Shown in pieces: positions 12,395 through 25,277 of a stretch of 64,000 nt of DNA (the first letter of the stretch is position 1; every line of letters starts with the position of its first letter). Source of the DNA: Styela clava (Eukaryota); NCBI RefSeq assembly GCF_964204865.1, contig NC_135250.1:23188001-23252000 (forward strand), given 5' to 3'. Made by a program: the position numbers and the translations under genes. Below the pieces are notes generated by a model. That model was not told where the DNA came from, ran no database searches, and saw only the letters and a list, made by a program, of their open reading frames with translations.

Positions 12395-14023
12395 ATGGAA
12401 GAAAAAATCAATACAGATTCTAAAGAACATGCTGTTGAAATTTTACAACAATTAAATGAATATCGTAAAACTGGTCGTCATTGTGATTTCATGATCAAAG
12501 CTGGATCTGAGGAACTTCCTGTTCATAAGAATATTGTGTCGGCAAGTTCCGATTATTTTAAAGCAATGTTATCTCATGAAAATGTTGAAACAAAATCTGG
12601 TGTCGTTGAAATAAAGGAAATTGATGAAGTTTGTGTTAAAAAATGTGTTGATTTCATTTACACTGGGGATGCTTATGTTGCCAAAGAAAAACGTGAAACA
12701 CTCATGGGTGTCGCTCACATGATGCAGCTGCAAAGACTTTGTGATAGTATCGCAATTTTTCTGGAAGATGATCTTGATCCTAGATCGTTTTTTCAAACTA
12801 AAAATATTGCGAATAGGTACAACTGTAAACAACTTGAGGAAAAATGCAATCAATTTGCATTGCAACGTTTCGAAGAAATTGCCGAGTCTGATGAGTTTAT
12901 GGATCTTGATGAAAAATTTATTTCATTTCTGATGGAATCAAAGGAAACAAAAGCAAAGATAGAAGTGAAATGTAAGATGTTGTTGGCATGGACCAAGCAT
13001 GATATTGATGAAAGAAAAGAATGTTTTCTTGGTTTGGTGATGAAATTTCAGTTGATAAAAATGAGTTTGTCATATAGAAAATTTCTTGTTGAAAATGAAC
13101 CACTGATATTTGAATCTGCAAAATCTCTTCAGTTATTGACTTTGTCAGTTTTTAACAGTCATCATGGATATATCAGTTCAAAAGATGTCAATTTAACAGA
13201 GAATAAACAGCTTGTTGTTTTTGACAAAACTTCCCAAAGAATGCATTCTCATGATGTTGATGATAAAACATGGACACCAATGCAAACCATAGATCAAGCA
13301 ATTATACAGAATAATTTATATTCTGCTGTAGTGATGGAATCTTACATTTCTGTAATTTGTGAAAATGGATTGTTTTATAGACTTGAATATGCTGAATCAA
13401 ATGCAAAGTGGGAACAAATGACAAATACTAATCTGAAGTGTGCATATGCAGTTGCACTTGATGGTTTTGTTTATGGTATTGAGCATCAGAATTACTCAAA
13501 CATGGAAAGATACGATCCATCAAATAATAGTTGGACCAGACTAACAAACAAATCATTGATTCTAGCATATGAATCTTTGGTGGCTGCTGATGGAAAGGTG
13601 TTTTGTATTGCTGGATTGAATCGACAAGGTCGAGCAACAAACCAAGTTGAGATTTATGATCCTGTCACATCAACTTGGTCAATGGATAGTAGATCATTGA
13701 ATGCAGCAAGATATTCTGCTTCTGCAACTGCTACAGAGGAAGTAATATATATTATGAGAGGTTATGATGATGGAAATACAATTTTCAATACTGTTGAATT
13801 TCGTTCATCTGTAACTAAAACCTGGATGATGTTGAAACCAATGAAAACTGCAAGAGAAGAGTTCAGTAGTTGTGTGATTGATGAGAAAGTTTATGTCATA
13901 GGTGGAAATCAAAATTCTGCAAATATAGAAGAATATGATCCTGAAACAAAAGAATGGAAAATTATTGAAACCATTCAAGGAAAAAATGTAACTCCACTGG
14001 CTACTGTTGCATTATTTATGTAA
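12395..14023 (+). CDS. Kelch-like protein, copy K2, intact, 542 aa
   Basis: Paralog of K1 with the same domain order; one Kelch GG motif reads RG (IYIMRG). Confidence 0.95.
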   Translation: MEEKINTDSKEHAVEILQQLNEYRKTGRHCDFMIKAGSEELPVHKNIVSASSDYFKAMLSHENVETKSGVVEIKEIDEVCVKKCVDFIYTGDAYVAKEKRETLMGVAHMMQLQRLCDSIAIFLEDDLDPRSFFQTKNIANRYNCKQLEEKCNQFALQRFEEIAESDEFMDLDEKFISFLMESKETKAKIEVKCKMLLAWTKHDIDERKECFLGLVMKFQLIKMSLSYRKFLVENEPLIFESAKSLQLLTLSVFNSHHGYISSKDVNLTENKQLVVFDKTSQRMHSHDVDDKTWTPMQTIDQAIIQNNLYSAVVMESYISVICENGLFYRLEYAESNAKWEQMTNTNLKCAYAVALDGFVYGIEHQNYSNMERYDPSNNSWTRLTNKSLILAYESLVAADGKVFCIAGLNRQGRATNQVEIYDPVTSTWSMDSRSLNAARYSASATATEEVIYIMRGYDDGNTIFNTVEFRSSVTKTWMMLKPMKTAREEFSSCVIDEKVYVIGGNQNSANIEEYDPETKEWKIIETIQGKNVTPLATVALFM

Positions 14024-14439
14024 CATTGACTGTTCTTATCAGTTGTTATACCTTTGTGGCATCATTTATTCCTATTATTCATCAACTAAAATTGAGTAGT
14101 AGTAAAAATAAACCTCTGTTGTTGATTTGATCATGAAAGTGAATGAATAACCAAATTTCTATTTCAGCTGCATTTCACCAGTTATCGAGCATAACCATGG
14201 CCAAGAAATTTGACTTCGAAGAGTTGATTTAAATTCATTATGCTTAAAGTGGTATCTATCTAATTTTCCATTGAATTTTTTTTACCGAATAGTTCACTAT
14301 TTCGAATACAATCAAAATTATTATTTTCGAATATGAAATTTCGAATACATGCAAAAATAAATTTAAGTGAAAAATCATATTTTAGGGCATCAAGGAATCT
14401 GCATACAATAAACAATGGAATAACTGTTATATACAACCT

Positions 14440-14850
14440 GTCTATTTACCAGACATTTTATGTCCACCGATTGCCTGATATTTTTGAGTAGTATTGCTTT
14501 TCATATTTCAGTAGGGCGAAAATACGAATCAAAAATTAATAATAATCGGGCAGTTTACTACACATTTTATGTCCGCAGATTGCCACTGTTTTTTAAAGTA
14601 TAGTAATTCCTTCTGTTTTCCCGTAAGTACGAAACTTCAAATCAAAAATTAATTATAATCGGGCAGTTTTCCACACATTTTATGTCCGCAGACTGCCCCG
14701 TATTTTACAATAGTAATGCTTTTATTTTTTCGCAAGTAGGAAAATGAGAATCAAAGATTAGGTATAATCGGGCAGTTCAACACACATTTTATGTCCCCAG
14801 ATTGCCGTGATATTTTAATATACAATAGCAATGCTTTTATTTTTTCGTAA
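14440..14850. repeat. Degenerate ~110-bp tandem repeat (3-4 units); duplicated at ~37785-38200
   Basis: AATCGGGCAGTT..CACATTTTATGTCCGCAGATTGCC recurs at ~14543, ~14657 and ~14766. Confidence 0.8.
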
Positions 14851-15120
14851 GTCGACGCAACCACGGTTTATGTTAAACAGAATTAAATTAATACGGCAAA
14901 GCCTTGTAATTGCTGGTATCTAAATATTTTGCTCAACAGAAAATCATCCTAGTAAAAAAGTGATACTTTTAACTATCTTTATCAAAATCGGTTGTCAAAA
15001 AGTGGATAAAAAGTATAAACTCTATTTCCTAATAACTCCTAATGACTAATTTATTGGGTATTGTACCAATTGTGGCTTTGAATAATTTCAAATTTTCGAC
15101 GTGAAGGAAATAACTGTATA

Positions 15121-15429
15121 AACTAGAATATCGGTTAGAAACCTAAGACTTATCGATCGAAGGTTAGGGGATCCCCCAAAACAGTGGTCTTACTCCATAG
15201 TGACACTGTGTGTCCCATCACTAATTAATTAATAACTCGTTAATTATAAGACATAATCCATCCAAAATCAATAGGCTTCTGATCCTAGATATGATGAATG
15301 CACATGCAAAATTTGGAGCAGATTCAACCTTTGTTTACGTGAGATATCGCGTGCATCTAACACACATAGATACACACAAACAGACATGCAAATACCTATC
15401 AACATACTTACCGATCTTAAGATCGATAG
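15121..15429 (+). mobile_element. Helentron-associated (HINE/DINE-like) element; a 5' fragment lies on the minus strand at 50433-50496
   Basis: Absent from the paralog at ~38450; internal ACAC/AGAC microsatellite; 3' hairpin CGATCTTAAGATCG. Confidence 0.55.
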
Positions 15430-16330
15430 CAACAGTATGAAGCGCACACTCACACAGAAGATCACCAACAAATTAAGTGCCGATCCTACTTCATCGTGAT
15501 TACTATACGTTTCAAAGCGTGGAAAATCATTTCAAGATTTCACTTAGAAGCGAAACACCTCGCTAACGGCGAAAAGTGGCTACTATTCGGAATTATTAGA
15601 AAATCAGCCAAAAAGGTATTCGAATACTTTGATATTCGAATGTTTTCGAATATTCAATTCATTTTGGACAACCCTGTCCTATTTCATTTCTACATAGCAT
15701 TTATTTTAACTGTCATTATTTGATTCTTGGTGTTCATGGTGTGTTATCTAGAGTTATGATCGTAATTTTTTATTTTGAACCTATCAGATTATTTCTTTAC
15801 TCAATTCTGAAATTTTGTGCCACAGATAGTGAGGTTTGTGTCAGCAGCGGTAACTCCCACTTTATTTTATTGCTTATGTGCATTAGCTTTTGATAAAGTC
15901 TTCTTTAGGTGATTATGAATATCTAAGAATAAAATAGGTAAAATAAAGTAGGCAATAATTGCAACCTGTTTTTATTATGTGTTTTTGATAACTGTAACTG
16001 TTCAATTTGTAATTTTTTTTATTTCTACTGCTTATGATAAAGATACATCAGTTTAAAATATCCAACATATATATATATTCTTGTTATGTCTGCTAAGATT
16101 AATAAATTTAAAAGCACAAGGTGTTAAAAATTGTTGAAGTTTGGTTGCTAAAATGTTTAGAATAAACAAGAATTACAATTTTTCATTTTACTCGAATTTA
16201 ATCTGTGTTATATAAGTTTGCCTTCTGATTTTGAAGTATTTTACCTTACAACTCCCTATAATATTATCAATTTAATTTTTTTCTCACAGATAACAAATGG
16301 TATATTTTTGATAACATAGTTATTATCATC

Positions 16331-17288
16331 ATGAGATGAGCTGAAAATGAAATCAACAATTCCTTACAAATGGCTTCATCGAATTTTGATATTCAAGAAA
16401 CTTTTAAAACTTTAACTCAAGATATTGAAACAAAACCTGTGGTGTTAATTCACTCGGAAATATTTTTCAAAAAAAGATATTTTTATCAACAAAACACGAT
16501 GAGACGATTCCTGTGACTGGATGAAGCAATGTTCCAACTTATAAATAGAATACAAATACATGGAGTGCAAGTTGAAGGACCAGATATGGTGGCTCTTGGA
16601 GATTTTCACTCAGATCTCATGTATTATCCTCAAAGATTAACCACAGAACCACATTCTGTGTTGTAAGCAACGATTCTGGTTCTATTGGACCGGACAAGAA
16701 GAAGGATAATCAAAATCTGAATTATGCCTTGAAGACGTTCTGTGATATTTTTGAGTTACCATTACCCAAACTTGATATCGTTTCAAAAAAATCACCTGGA
16801 CATGGCAGTGATATAGCAGATTATGAATTAGATGAAAATGGAAAAATTAGTTTGTCACCAAGTGGCCGTTTTCAGCTTCAAAACAAATTGAAAAAACTCC
16901 CAATTTTGCCAAATGGAGATGCTTATCTTCGTCCTATTTGTAGTTTTGAAAATGCTTTTTCGGTTCGTTTCTTACACAAACTTTCATCAAAATTCAATGG
17001 CAAATACCAACATAAAATTGGTGAATTATGCAAAAAAAATGATATCTTGGGAAAAGTCTGTAGAATATTATTTGTACAACCGACGAATTCCCTGCACTGA
17101 AACATGGTTTTCATCCTAAGCCTCATCTATCTTTGAGGTTCATTGCTCATTACAGAAATATATTCTACATTTTCATGTTATATGCTCTGTAGTTATTTTT
17201 TAGGTTCAATTTTGTATATGCATGTATTTACATTGTTTTTCTACTTGTCATCATAATATTCTTCAGAGCTTTGTTCAGTAAAGATTGA
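16331..17288 (+). pseudogene. SMPD4: Sphingomyelin phosphodiesterase 4-like pseudogene, internally deleted, copy 1
   Basis: DYELDENGKISLSPSGRFQLQN..LRPICSFENAF.VRFLHKLSSKFN..LSLRF plus a C-terminal hydrophobic tail resemble the SMPD4 C-terminus; several stops and frameshifts. Confidence 0.75.
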
Positions 17289-17392
17289 TATTTTCCCTTT
17301 GATATGCATTTCCCTCCCTCCAGGTTCAATAGTTGACAAAATATATAAGACCGTTGCATTTGCTGAATCTTTTAATTTGCATATAAGAATAA

Positions 17393-17733
17393 TAGGATGG
17401 GATTTACATACTTATCCCGGGGGAGAGGAAAGCCGATAAGACGGCTTATCCATATGGCGAACCACGGCCTCTCGTCTGGTTACCATTCCAAGTCGGGTAT
17501 GGAATTAGTTATACTGTATTATTTATTTTCGGAAGCATGGACTTGGTGGTGGAGGAAGCCGTAACCGACCAGCGGTTACATGAACCACCCAACGACGGCG
17601 AGGAGTCCAGCAATCCTCTCGCACATAACCCTCCCTGCATGGGATTCGAACCTGCGAACCCACGCAGAGTAATTAGAGGTGCGGTGGCGAGCGTATTCCT
17701 AACGCTTAGTCCGTTGAGCCACACCGCCGCGCC
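17393..17733 (-). mobile_element. tRNA-derived SINE
   Basis: Minus strand has A-box TGGCTCAACGG, B-box GGTTCGAATCC and a TCCTA-like tail. Absent from the paralogous site at ~40485; short AATAA-like duplication. Confidence 0.88.
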
Positions 17734-19929
17734 ATAATAATCAACTAAAGCTGTGGTGTGGAGTCTGGAAATTTTACACATTTCTTCAAACTCTTTAATG
17801 AATTAAGAAAAAACTATAAATGTTTTAATATGCATACTTTATTTACCGGTAAGTGTTGAGTATGCTAACATGATTTCTGGTTTCCTGGGAAAGTTCCGAC
17901 CTTGATTATCTGTTTTGAAAGTCTGAAATTTTGACTCCGAGGAATTTGAAGTGAACACCTTGAATCCATTATTAATAGACACATAGCAAACTCAGACAAC
18001 ACACCCCTAGTTTTGAGTTCAGTTTTTTTGATTGTGGGAATAGTAAGAGTTTGATCAACCACGTTTCTGTGTCATCTTGCTACCCATAATACATCTCTTA
18101 GGACAATAAGCTACTCCTGTTTGACAATGAACAGTTTAGTCACATAAATATGTTGTGAGCTTGTGAATGGATTTCTAAACAATTTATGTTGAGTTATCAG
18201 TATAGTTTGCTGACCTTTCATCGAAATCATTTTCTGTTGGTAAATACATGATTACTGCCTCATACTGCCAAGATTTTGTGCAGATTTAACATTCTAGAAA
18301 TGATTTTCTAAAGTCATAGATCAGTCATATCTTCTTTTATATTGTTTGTATTTTCATGATCAATATTGTTGGTTTATAATGTTTTTATATAAATTTTGTG
18401 TTTAGATAAAGACTGATAATCAATGGTGTTTAGCAGTTATTGAGAGAATCACAAGTGAAATACCCCTGCCTTTCGCCATATAGGTAGCACAGCACATGTA
18501 AACAATACAAGGTTGAAGCAGATTTAATAATTTAATAATTATTCAACATAACCCTGTGTCAAAATGCCATATCTATACAACTTCAACCACACTGCAAGTT
18601 GTTCCCCCTTGTTGTTAATAGTAGAGGATATGGTATTGTGGTTTGATTAGACAGTTTGCTTTGTTTGTGTCAGCATTTCCATTGGATCACATGTATTTAT
18701 TATATCAAGACAGAACATTACTTATCTCTTCTAATGGCAAAATAAAAATTGTTCCAAATCTAACCATTTTCTATATTACATGACCACCACCAATGGTTTT
18801 TGTTGATTATAATTATACATTTAGATACATAATATTTTCTTAAACCAAATTTTTTTAGGTGCAAATTCATATGTTAATAATTACAAAACATGTAAACTCC
18901 TCCAAGTTTTCTAAAATTTCTGTAAAACGTCAAATTGCTAATAAATGGCATGTCATATCGGGTACCGGCATATGTGTTCTTTGCAAGTGGCAATATATCA
19001 CATGTTATGTTTTGTATATAAGTTACCTAAGTAATTTTTTTTGCAATGTCATCTGGTTGTTCTGTAAGCTGTATTTTTATTGTACAAGCTCATTGCACTA
19101 TTTTATATCGTTTGAATTTTTTGTTGGATCTTTGCGATTTTCAAATTGCACTGAAACAACATCAAAATTCTTTGGAACGAAAAAAATAATATTTTCGGGT
19201 ATCTCTCTATATGTATAGGCAGAACCTATTGATATTATTTATACGGTACCTTTTATCTGTTCTGCTGACAATTCTGCAATAGGTTAAACAAAGAATAAGT
19301 TTCTGGTAAGTCTGGTATATTTCTGATGGCCTGGATCATACAGCCATACTTGGTGATTTTACGATACAAACTTCTGATAGCGAAATGTGGTTCATTATAT
19401 TTTAGTTTGGATATTGATACATTAACATGTTCAATAAGGCAGTTAACAGTAACTGGAATTTTGAAAACATTCACAGTAGCACAGTAGCAGTATGGTGGTA
19501 AAACATAGAAATACCGGTATATTAAAATTAGTAAATGTTCATTTTTGTTCAGTGATTTCTTGACCGAAGAAATATGCATGGCCTATCTTTCATACTGATA
19601 TTTTATCTACAAACTCCATAACTGAGAGTTGTAAGGTTATGTACTGTCACATCTTGACATTTATGTGACACAAATTAAGCAGTCAAAAGCTTCGCCATAG
19701 TGGTTGTGTACTTATTGCATTTCTTCTCGTTAGAGTTTAATTTTTTTGTTGTAATCATTGTTTTATGAAGCAATTAACCTAAATGAGTCCTTCCTTTTTC
19801 TTCCCAGAGGTTTATATGTGATGGACCGTAAAGTCTTTAGTTTAATTATTGTTTCTCTTTTTAAGGTATTATTATTATTAGTGGTATAATCATAAGCAGT
19901 GCTTTAAATTATCAGACGAAGTCTCAGAA

Positions 19930-21558
19930 ATGGAAGAAAAAATCAATACAGATTCTAAAGAACATGCTGTTGAAATTTTACAACAATTAAATGAATATCG
20001 TAAAACTGGACGTCATTGTGATTTCATGATCAAAGCTGGATCTGAGGAACTTCCTGTTCATAAGAATATTGTGTCTGCAAGTTCCGATTATTTTAAAGCA
20101 ATGTTATCTCATGAAAATGTGGAAACAAATTCTGGTGTCGTTGAAATAAAGGAATTTGATGAAGTTTGTGTTAAAAAATGTGTTGATTTCATTTACACTG
20201 GGGATGCTTATGTTGCCGAAGAAAAACGTGAAACACTCATGGGTGTCGCTCACATGATGCAGCTGCAAAGACTTTGTGATAGTATCGCAATTTTTCTGGA
20301 AGATGATCTTGATCCTAGATCGTTTTTTCAAACTAAAAAAATTGCAAATAGGTACAACTGTAAACAACTTGAGGAAAAATGCAATCAATTTGCATTGAAA
20401 CGTTTTAAAGAAATTGCCCAGTCTGATGAGTTTATGGATCTTGATGAAAAATTTATTTCATTTCTGATGGAATCAAAGGAAACAAAAGCAAAGGAAGAAG
20501 GGAAATGTAAGATGTTGTTGGCATGGACCAAACATGATATTGATGTGAGAAAAGAATGTTTTCTTGGTTTGGTGATGAAATTTCAGTTGATAAAAATGAC
20601 TTTGTCATATAGGAGATTCCTTGTTGAAAATGAACCATTGATAATTGGATCTGGAAAATATTTACAGTCATTGACTTTATCAATTTTAGACAGTACTGGG
20701 AATGTCAGTTCGAAAGATTTTAATTTCACAGAGAATAAACAGCTTGTTGTTTTTGATCAAACTTCTCGAAGAATACATTCTCATGATGTTGATGATAAAA
20801 CATGGACACCAATGCAAACCATAGATCAAGTAATCATACAGAATACAGTATGTTCTGCTGTAGTGATGGAATCTTACATTTATGTGATTTGTAAAAATGG
20901 ACCGTTTTATAGACTTGAATATGCTGAATCAAATGCAAAGTGGGAACAAATGACAAATACAAATCTTTATGGTACATGTGCAGTTGCACTTGATGGTTTC
21001 GTTTATGGTATTGAGTATCATAAATACTCGAACATTATGGAAAGATATGATCCATCAAATAATATATGGACCAGACTAACAAACAAATCATTGATTCTAG
21101 CTTGGGAATCTTTGGTGGCTGCTGATGGAAAGGTGTTTTGTATCACAGGAACGAATCAACAAGATCGAGTAACAAACCAAATTGAGATTTTTGATCCTGT
21201 CACATCAACTTGGTCAATGGATAATAGATCATTGAATGAAGCAAGATATCAAGCTTCTGCAACTGCTACAGAGGAAGGAATATATGTTATGGGAGGTAAA
21301 AATGTTGATGGAAAATCTCTCACTACTGTTGAATTTCGTTCATCTGTAACTAAAACCTGGATGATGTTGAAACCAATGAAAAATGCAAGACAATATTTCA
21401 GTAGTTGTGTGATTGATGAAAAAGTTTATGTCATTGGGGGAAATGGAAATCCTGCAAATATAGAGGAATATGATCCAGAAACAAAAGAATGGAAAATCAC
21501 TGAAACAATACAAGGAAAAAATATTTTTCCATTGGCAAGTTTTGCAATAAATATATAA
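19930..21558 (+). CDS. Kelch-like protein, copy K3, intact, 542 aa
   Basis: Paralog of K1; upstream flank differs from K1/K2/K4/K6/K7. Confidence 0.95.
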   Translation: MEEKINTDSKEHAVEILQQLNEYRKTGRHCDFMIKAGSEELPVHKNIVSASSDYFKAMLSHENVETNSGVVEIKEFDEVCVKKCVDFIYTGDAYVAEEKRETLMGVAHMMQLQRLCDSIAIFLEDDLDPRSFFQTKKIANRYNCKQLEEKCNQFALKRFKEIAQSDEFMDLDEKFISFLMESKETKAKEEGKCKMLLAWTKHDIDVRKECFLGLVMKFQLIKMTLSYRRFLVENEPLIIGSGKYLQSLTLSILDSTGNVSSKDFNFTENKQLVVFDQTSRRIHSHDVDDKTWTPMQTIDQVIIQNTVCSAVVMESYIYVICKNGPFYRLEYAESNAKWEQMTNTNLYGTCAVALDGFVYGIEYHKYSNIMERYDPSNNIWTRLTNKSLILAWESLVAADGKVFCITGTNQQDRVTNQIEIFDPVTSTWSMDNRSLNEARYQASATATEEGIYVMGGKNVDGKSLTTVEFRSSVTKTWMMLKPMKNARQYFSSCVIDEKVYVIGGNGNPANIEEYDPETKEWKITETIQGKNIFPLASFAINI

Positions 21559-22048
21559 CATCAATTACTATTTTATTCGTACAAATATGGCTCTCATAAT
21601 CTTATTGAATATACCTATCAATTTTCCTGATTTAATTTGTTTGCAGAATTATGGAAACTTGTCATTTGTCAATCATTTGTGTGTTGATATTTAGATTGAA
21701 TAATGTGTTTGACAAAAAGTTTTATTTGATAATTTTTCTTCTATACATTTAGCTCAAGAATGAATTTACAGAATGTTTGAAGATATAGCTGAATAATTTC
21801 TCTTTACAGATAGCCAATATCAATATTGATAATTCATACCTATTTTATTTGGAAGTGACAAGTGAAAACTTATTTCATATTAGTAGTGTTGATTTTGTAT
21901 ATATTTTTTTTTCTATCATTCCATTTAATATGGTCAACAATTTAATCTCTAATTCCTGAAAATGTATCATTTTTCAATATTTTATTCAATTTTGTGTTAT
22001 GTCAGATTACAGGAGCTTTCCCCGTAATAATTTTTTATGGGTTGTTAT

Positions 22049-22644
22049 TAGGGCCCGACCGATACTGCCTTTTCAAAACCGATACCGATAGTTTTCTAAA
22101 ACTTGGCCGATAAACCGATACCGATGTTACCACACAAAAAAAGATGACTACAAGTAACAAGCAACACTCTGATAATTCTGTGTTTTCCTTATTTGTCATA
22201 GTAATAGACATATAATACAAAGTATTGCCAGCATAGGATTCCATTGAAAGCAGGTATTGCCATCATAAGGATCTCCCAGCATGTGTTCAGCTTCAAGTTA
22301 CCTGTAACATGTTCCTATGATTACTGACTCAACAGCTTCAAATCTATTCTATTTATAGAACTAGCATTTTAAGCCGAAACTAAATTGCTTTTTTCCCTTG
22401 TGTACTCTCTCAAAAACGCCATTATCGATAATAACATTCCAGTTATGGCCATACATGAAATGTATAATTACACGCCACCGGGCATTAGGAGAGACACCTT
22501 TTAAACAAGGGATAAAACTGCTTGCCCGATGTAATTTTGACACTTTTGCAGTCACGTGATTGGCCGGTAACTATCGGTAAAATAAGCCGATACCGATAGT
22601 TCGAAATTTATGAAAAACAAGGCCGAAATATCGGTCGGGCCCTA
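22049..22644. mobile_element. hAT-type non-autonomous element
   Basis: TIR TAGGGCCCGACCGATA; 8-bp TSD GTTGTTAT/ATTGTTAT; subterminal ACCGAT repeats; empty site at ~44955. Confidence 0.88.
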
Positions 22645-22863
22645 ATTGTTATCATATCTCTCTCATTAACTCACATTAATTATTTATGATGGATCCTATC
22701 TGATTTTAGTTTCATACAATAATTCAAGTTTTTGATCTTAATGATCAGGTGGGGGTTATTTATATTAAATGCTCAATCGTTTGAAATCACTGTATTTTTT
22801 AATTATCATCATTTCACTGCTTATCGATATAACTAGTTCAAAGATATGTTAAATATTATTCAT

Positions 22864-24401
22864 CCCTTTTCTTCTAAACCACATACTTTTGATTCATATT
22901 GAACTAGAAGTTCAGGACGAGAGCCGTTAAAAGGGAAAATGACTCTTTCATGTTGTCTTTGAAAGTCCTGACCGAGCAATAAATCACAACAAAGACCTCG
23001 AAATTCTTTAAGAGGCACTTTGGTATATGAACGAGTACCAATTATCATATCAGTTAAACAGGATCCAATAGTCGTTCCTTGCAGATGCTGGACAGCCATC
23101 ACTACATTTTCCCGTGAAGGCAAAATTTTCAAACGTAGCATTCTCGCAGTCTTTTCGTTTATAAAAGAGAGAGAGCTTCCGGTATCTATCAACGCAGTTG
23201 TATTGCGACCAGCTATGACAACTGGAAGTGTTGCCGGCAGTAAACACCGTGGTGCTGATTGCACATCGTGGACTGATGGATTTACTGACGCCGTTATAGA
23301 TGAAGAGTCTTCAGATTTATTCATCTTTGATCGGCAAACTTTGGCAAAGTGGCCTTTTTTATCGCATTTGTAGCAATTGGCATTGCGTGCGGGACAATTT
23401 TGACGATTGTGGTAATTATATCCACCGAATATACATTTTCGCCCTGTTATACGGCCAGTTACTATACCTTCATTGTCGAAAGAGGTTTCGGAAGTGGCCA
23501 ATGCCGAAGGTTGCAATTCGTCGATTCGAGATGCTTCATATGCTGACGAATTACGTTGCGCCAGATAAGTGATGAAGCTTGTGAAAACGCTAATTCAAGA
23601 GTCAAGTCCTTGTTTTCCAAAAGACGTTGTCGGATGTTATTTGACAAAATACCATTGATAAAAGAATCACGTATAAGTTCGTCGCGGTACTGCGCGGCAG
23701 AAACATCTTTAAAATTACAATCTTTACTTAGATTACGCAGAGTTTGTAAAAATTCGTCGATGGATTGACCAGTTTGTTGCTTTGCCGTAACTAGCAGATG
23801 TCGTGCAAATATTTCATTCGGCGTCTTGACATATAAGTTATGTAGCACTTCCATAGCTTTACTATAAGCGTCCACATCTTCAATATATTCATAAACATTG
23901 TGAGATACTGAGTTGATTAGCCTCTTGAGTTTATTCACAGACTGGCCCTCTTGTACACTCATCTCTAATTCTTCAATGTAGTTCTCAAATGTTTTTCGCC
24001 AGTGCTTCCATTCCTTTGCCGCGCTTGGAGAATTCAGATTTAGGTCAAGTCTCACTGGTTTCATCGATGCATCCATATTTAAGATTTTAGTTTCTTAAAT
24101 TGTTATGACAGTTTATTTATTATAACCAAAATTATGGCTTTAAGAAACTAAAAACGCATCTTAACCTAAACACAAGAACATGCAACATAATTACATTGAG
24201 TCACTAAGAATAGCCAAACTTAATCGGACTACCGTCTAATACTCGTAACGGCACGTAACTAATGCAGTAAGGCAAATGCAGTCCGTTGTCGCTTGACGAT
24301 AATCAGTGATCACAACACAAAGAACGATAATGTAATAATGACGGAATATAAACAAAGTGTAGCACACTGCAACAGGAATAACTGAACTTAATCTCATAAC
24401 A
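22864..24401 (-). mobile_element. 3'-truncated Ty3/Gypsy element (5' LTR, gag, protease)
   Basis: LTR 24101-24401 bounded by TGTTATGA...TCATAACA. Gag (AAKEWKHWRKTFENY, LIRDSFINGI, CPARNANCYKCDKKGHFAKVC) with a 1-bp frameshift at ~23567; protease LIDTGSS. No RT or second LTR. Confidence 0.9.
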
Positions 24402-25277
24402 AAAAGAAAGAACAAAACATTTAGGTTTAGGAGGAGTAGTGTTAATTCACCCATGCCTTAGTAATGACCTCACTGCTGATCACCGTTGTCCAATGCATTA
24501 TCAGTATTATTTAGGTGAGGCTCATTTCATACCATCATCTTTGTAACGTCATAACAGACTTATTGCGGCCTTCTAGGCTGAGAACAATTATTCAACTTCT
24601 GATATTTCTATACTGAAAATGAAGATGATTTTGAGAAATCTTTGTGAATTTCTTAATGAGCCATGAAATATTATCACTATTTATTGATTTCAATTCCTGT
24701 TAACAGACAATAAGTTCTGTAATTAAGGAAATATAATTTTATTGAATATTCTCAAAAATATTATTATTGTAGTTGTTCATATTGACTAATTCACTGAACT
24801 TGATAACATATACTGTGTTAGTGAAATTGTCATTGTTATTGCTTTATGTATATAAGGTACTCGAAGGAATTATAAATTTTCATTTTGATGCTCGTAGTTA
24901 ATCTTCTGATAAATTTTTACTGGCATTATTTGTGCAATTTTTTACAGCTGTAATTTGCAATATTGATATCATGATTAGATCAGCTGAGAAAGAAATTAAG
25001 TATTATCTGATGGTCACAAAGTTCCAACCAGTCTTTATAACATGCTTGTGTCGTCACTCGACAATTTCTCAAAAGATTGTTGAAGATGATTCGATGCTTA
25101 TTTTTGATAAAGATTTACACAGACAACACATGTCATTATTGTTTGGCAAAAAGTGGAAAGGCTGTGGAGTTGGCAGTTTAATAAACTAATTTTAATATTG
25201 GCTAGAAACGACAATATTTCAAATGTCCTTAAGTTGTTTCAAAATAGATTAATGGCTTGAAGTTTTATAAAAAGTTT

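Noticed and set aside
14440-14850. CRISPR-like array
   Set aside because: Whole ~110-bp units are homologous with no unique spacers; no cas genes; eukaryotic context.
17630-17733. tRNA gene
   Set aside because: A and B boxes are present but continue into a shared body and tail found in dispersed copies, with an empty paralogous site: a SINE head.
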